Shown piece after piece: positions 51,695 to 53,001 of a DNA stretch of 53,001 nt. The notes below the pieces were generated by a model. That model made no database searches and was not told where the DNA came from. It worked only from the letters and a program-made list of their open reading frames with translations. Positions within the stretch are counted from its first letter, which is position 1, and every line of letters starts with the position of its first letter. The stretch comes from Candidatus Parcubacteria bacterium (GTDB lineage: Bacteria; Patescibacteriota; Minisyncoccia; Phycocordibacterales; EsbW-18): assembly GCA_039798445.1 (NCBI GenBank), contig JBDKFZ010000009.1, positions 1 through 53,001 on the forward strand. The letters are read 5' to 3'. Position numbers and translations under genes: made by a program.

Positions 51695-51979
51695 CTACTT
51701 CGTGCTCTGCTGGGAGCACCACTCGAAGTCGGGGTCGATGTAACGGAGCATGCTCTTGCGGAGGGCCGTGATGGCGTTGGCCTTCTGCATCTTCTGCCGG
51801 CAGGTGGGGCAGGCCATGAAGTGAATCATGGCGCCCAAGTTCCAGTCGTTGGTCTCCGCCAGTTCGAGAAGGCTGTCACCGCGCTCCTCGTGCCGGGCGA
51901 CGGTCTGGCAGGTGTTCGGGCGGGACATGACGCCTTCCTCAAACTGGTTGAAGAGATGCTCGTCGATGCAGTAGGACAT
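51695..51979 (-). CDS. Small cytoplasmic HxxxCxxC (zf-HC2/ZAS-like) protein, paralogue 2 (94 aa)
   Basis: Near-identical RBS context (caaggagactatATG vs caaaggagactatATG in paralogue 1). MSYC...NTCQTV...MIHFMACPTCRQKMQKANAITALRKSML. Very high GC3. Confidence 0.65.
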   Translation of the reverse strand: MSYCIDEHLFNQFEEGVMSRPNTCQTVARHEERGDSLLELAETNDWNLGAMIHFMACPTCRQKMQKANAITALRKSMLRYIDPDFEWCSQQSTK

Positions 51980-52157
51980 ATAGTCTCCTTGTAAAGAACA
52001 TTGGTGATGGGCTCTAGTGCTCATCGTCTGCAAACATAATAACCCAAAAACCAACAAATGTCAAAGATACAATTTACAATACGCATAACAAACCAAAGAA
52101 GCGTTGTGCTTTAAGTCTTTAAATGTTATATACTTAACTGTACAAATACGATAAACC

Positions 52158-52904
52158 ATGAATATTAACGCTGTACTTGCAAAAATAGGCCTCACCGACA
52201 CAGAAAGCGCTCTGTATCTGTTTCTCCTTGAGAACGGTATTTCAAGCCCGCCACAGATATCTCGTGGAACGGGTGTGGTGCGTTCCAATGCTCATTACGT
52301 CCTGAAACAGCTTATTGAGAAGGGATTGGTAACACGCGAGAAGAAGGGTAAGCGTTATGTGTATGGACCAAACGATCCGTCATCGGCTCTGGCACTTGTT
52401 GAGCGAAAGAAGAAAGTTCTTGAGGAAGCGATTCCTGACTTGCGTGCATTGTACAAAAAAACAAAAAACAAACCGGTTGTTAAATTTTATGATGGTCCCG
52501 AAGAAGTGCGTGCAATTTTTGAAGACATACTCGAATCAAAATCAAAACAAGTGCTCGGCTTTGCCTCAACAGGAAAATTGTTTGAAATCATTCCCAATTA
52601 TTTTCAAAAACGTTTTCAACCCGAATTAAAAAAGCGAGAAATCTTTTTGAAAGATATTCTTACATTTGAATCGGGCACGCAGGGTGTGGCGACACACGAT
52701 GTTGCTGGTGCGTATTATGAATATCGAGTGTTGCCACAAAAGTACGAAGGGGTATTGTCTGATGTAATTATTTGGGATGACATGGTTGCTATCATTTCTC
52801 TTGAGGAACCAATCTTTGGAACGGTCTTGATGAACGCACAGCTTTCACATACGTTTCGCACGATGGTTGAAATTATTTGGAAGTCATTGGAGAGAAGAGA
52901 CTAG
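52158..52904 (+). CDS. TrmB family transcriptional regulator
   Basis: N-terminal wHTH LGLTDTESALYLFLLENGISSPPQISRGTGVVRSNAHYVLKQLIEKGLV plus a TrmB-type C-domain. Confidence 0.75.
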   Translation: MNINAVLAKIGLTDTESALYLFLLENGISSPPQISRGTGVVRSNAHYVLKQLIEKGLVTREKKGKRYVYGPNDPSSALALVERKKKVLEEAIPDLRALYKKTKNKPVVKFYDGPEEVRAIFEDILESKSKQVLGFASTGKLFEIIPNYFQKRFQPELKKREIFLKDILTFESGTQGVATHDVAGAYYEYRVLPQKYEGVLSDVIIWDDMVAIISLEEPIFGTVLMNAQLSHTFRTMVEIIWKSLERRD

Positions 52905-52941
52905 GGAAGAGTGGTTTGAGAAAATGTTCTGACAAACAAAA

Positions 52942-52965
52942 ACCCGCGACACAATGGTCGCGGGT
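52942..52965 (+). terminator. Terminator hairpin after the trmB-like gene
   Basis: acccgcgac acaatg gtcgcgggt. The T-tract is weak (acctcctttctt). Confidence 0.5.
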
Positions 52966-53001
52966 ACCTCCTTTCTTGAGAACGTCTGTTGTTTTTAGAA
53001 T

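Noticed and set aside
51245-51994. 249-aa plus-strand ORF covering both ZAS-like genes.
   Set aside because: It is antisense to two genes that have RBS, terminators and paralogous conservation. Its low-complexity G/A/L-rich translation is typical of antisense frames in GC3-rich DNA.
1-53001. Alternative genetic code (TGA recoding), CRISPR arrays, transposases/IS elements, reverse transcriptase/DGR, prophage structural genes.
   Set aside because: Long ORFs are intact under the standard code, and TGA is used as a stop (for example 37986-37988). I saw no repeat-spacer periodicity and no DDE, RT or capsid/terminase-like sequences.

Overview
The window looks like an origin-proximal chromosomal segment of a small, gene-dense bacterium, at roughly 50% GC by eye. 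dnaN<-dnaA sit head-to-head with rpmH->rnpA->yidC. Housekeeping genes present are polA, tsaE, ruvB, yebC, ruvC, tyrS, a class A PBP, rsmA, uvrD, comM, rpsO, a Xer recombinase, xth, cca, tRNA-Gly and tRNA-Arg. Several features suggest a Patescibacteria/CPR-like lineage, but this is inference only: a VirB2-like pilin ending in TINPNL, a TrmB regulator, a truncated YebC, mostly Shine-Dalgarno-less genes, and many T/P-rich membrane-anchored hypotheticals. The main accessory feature is a ~14 kb envelope gene cluster (15.6-29.8 kb) encoding a stripped-down type IV secretion-like set. It has a VirB2-like pilin fused to a LAS/M15-type peptidase, a PrgI/VirB3-like protein, a VirB4 ATPase apparently split in two, a VirB6/TrbL-like polytopic protein, and about 8 unnamed secreted or membrane proteins. 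No coupling protein, relaxase or integrase lies beside it. Other observations: (1) a dense array of six parS-like sites (TGTTTCACGTGAAACA family) in and just upstream of yraN; (2) TGTCCTTTA iterons with DnaA-box-like sequences in two intergenic regions; (3) a GC-rich intergenic repeat whose 50-nt core is identical in two copies while its closing stems covary; (4) three loci of small, high-GC3, SD-bearing genes that look foreign, including a tandem pair of HxxxCxxC zinc-finger proteins; (5) a uvrD interrupted by one in-frame TAA; (6) three noncoding gaps of roughly 400-470 bp with strong hairpin potential. I saw no rRNA, CRISPR array, transposase or reverse transcriptase. All family assignments come from motif reading by eye, with no searches run.
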